Assembly: GCA_964022095.1 (NCBI GenBank)
Contig: CAXHZO010000002.1
Location: 192,001 to 256,000 of the forward strand
Length of the DNA stretch: 64,000 nt
Source of the DNA: an uncultured Arcobacteraceae bacterium
GTDB taxonomy: Bacteria > Campylobacterota > Campylobacteria > Campylobacterales > Arcobacteraceae
Reading direction: 5' to 3'
Part shown: piece after piece, positions 63,219-64,000 of the stretch
Layout: the number at the start of each line of letters is the position of its first letter
Position numbering within the stretch: position 1 is the stretch's first letter
Notes under the pieces: model-generated
Told to the model about the DNA's origin: nothing
Seen by the model: only the letters and a program-made list of their open reading frames with translations
The model's database searches: none
Program-made: the position numbers and the translations under genes

Positions 63219-64000
63219 TTATTTATCCAGTTCGTAAATATCGTGAAGTGCTCTAACTGCTAGCTCAGCATATTTTTCTTCAATAATCATTGATATTTTT
63301 ATTTCACTAGTAGATATTATTCTTATATTGATATTTTCATTTGCTAATGCACTAAATGCTTTTGATGCAACACCAGTATGTGATTTCATACCAACACCTA
63401 CAACAGAAACTTTACAAATAGAATCATTATAATCAATATTTTTTGTTTCTGGTTCAAATTTTTGCATTACACTTTTACATGCTTCCCAATCAGTAATTGG
63501 AATAGTAAAGTCTAAGTCTGTTGTATCATCTAATCCTCTTGTTTGAACTATCATGTCAACATTTATATTTGCATCTGCAAGGGCAGTAAAAATTGCTGAA
63601 GCAATGCCAGGTCTATCTGTAACTCCATACATTCCAACTCTAACTTGATTTTTATCTAAAGCAATACCACTAACAACTGGTTGTTCCATTATATTCTCTT
63701 CCTTTGTGATTAATGTACCTTCAACTTCTGGCGTAAAGCTGCTTCTTGATACTAAATTTACATTTAATTTCTTCGCCATTTCAACAGATCTATTTTGTAA
63801 CACTTTTGCACCTAAACTTGCAAGTTCTAGCATTTCATCGTATGAAATTTTATCTAGTTTTTTAGCTTTTGGTTCAATTCTAGGATCCGTTGTATAAATA
63901 CCATCAACATCAGTATATATCTCACATACATCAGCTTCAATAGCACCTGCAATTGCAACAGCAGTTAAATCACTTCCACCTCTACCTAGAGTTGATACTC
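63219..64000 (-). CDS. lysC: Aspartate kinase (5'-truncated by window edge)
   Basis: [11 protein letters not shown] and [13 protein letters not shown] lie in frame upstream of the listed ORF; two ACT domains; STSEIKIS. Confidence 0.95.
   Translation of the reverse strand, partial: VSTLGRGGSDLTAVAIAGAIEADVCEIYTDVDGIYTTDPRIEPKAKKLDKISYDEMLELASLGAKVLQNRSVEMAKKLNVNLVSRSSFTPEVEGTLITKEENIMEQPVVSGIALDKNQVRVGMYGVTDRPGIASAIFTALADANINVDMIVQTRGLDDTTDLDFTIPITDWEACKSVMQKFEPETKNIDYNDSICKVSVVGVGMKSHTGVASKAFSALANENINIRIISTSEIKISMIIEEKYAELAVRALHDIYELDK

Overview
AT-rich chromosomal window from a Campylobacterota bacterium, most likely Arcobacteraceae. This is inferred from hobA, mqnC, the epsilon-type gene order and the Na+-pumping oadGAB, which fits a marine or brackish lifestyle. 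Most of the window is core genome: rsmH-ftsL, hemN, argF, hemB, ribA, glyS, three tRNAs, pckA, oadGAB, metG, fbp, bamA, folP and lysC. Five accessory or unusual parts stand out. (1) An iron-uptake locus (1-6.9 kb) has two TonB-dependent receptors, a Fur-family gene, an unannotated 43-aa HemP, and paired TAGCCAGC motifs in both receptor leaders. (2) A four-gene operon couples a B12-dependent glutamate mutase (S, E, L) to an adenylate-forming ligase, with no methylaspartate lyase nearby. (3) A class III ribonucleotide reductase carries its glycyl-radical domain as a separate 57-aa gene. (4) A 2.3-kb decaying cassette encodes a Sec-signal, microcin-like glycine-rich precursor, a small membrane protein, a FapF-like outer-membrane barrel and a standalone FapD-like C39 peptidase, a candidate ABC-independent peptide export system. 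(5) There is a GluRS paralog lacking both class I synthetase motifs, and an orphan CI/LexA-like S24 repressor. No CRISPR array, rRNA, IS element or integrase was seen. All calls come from visual motif recognition; no database searches were run.
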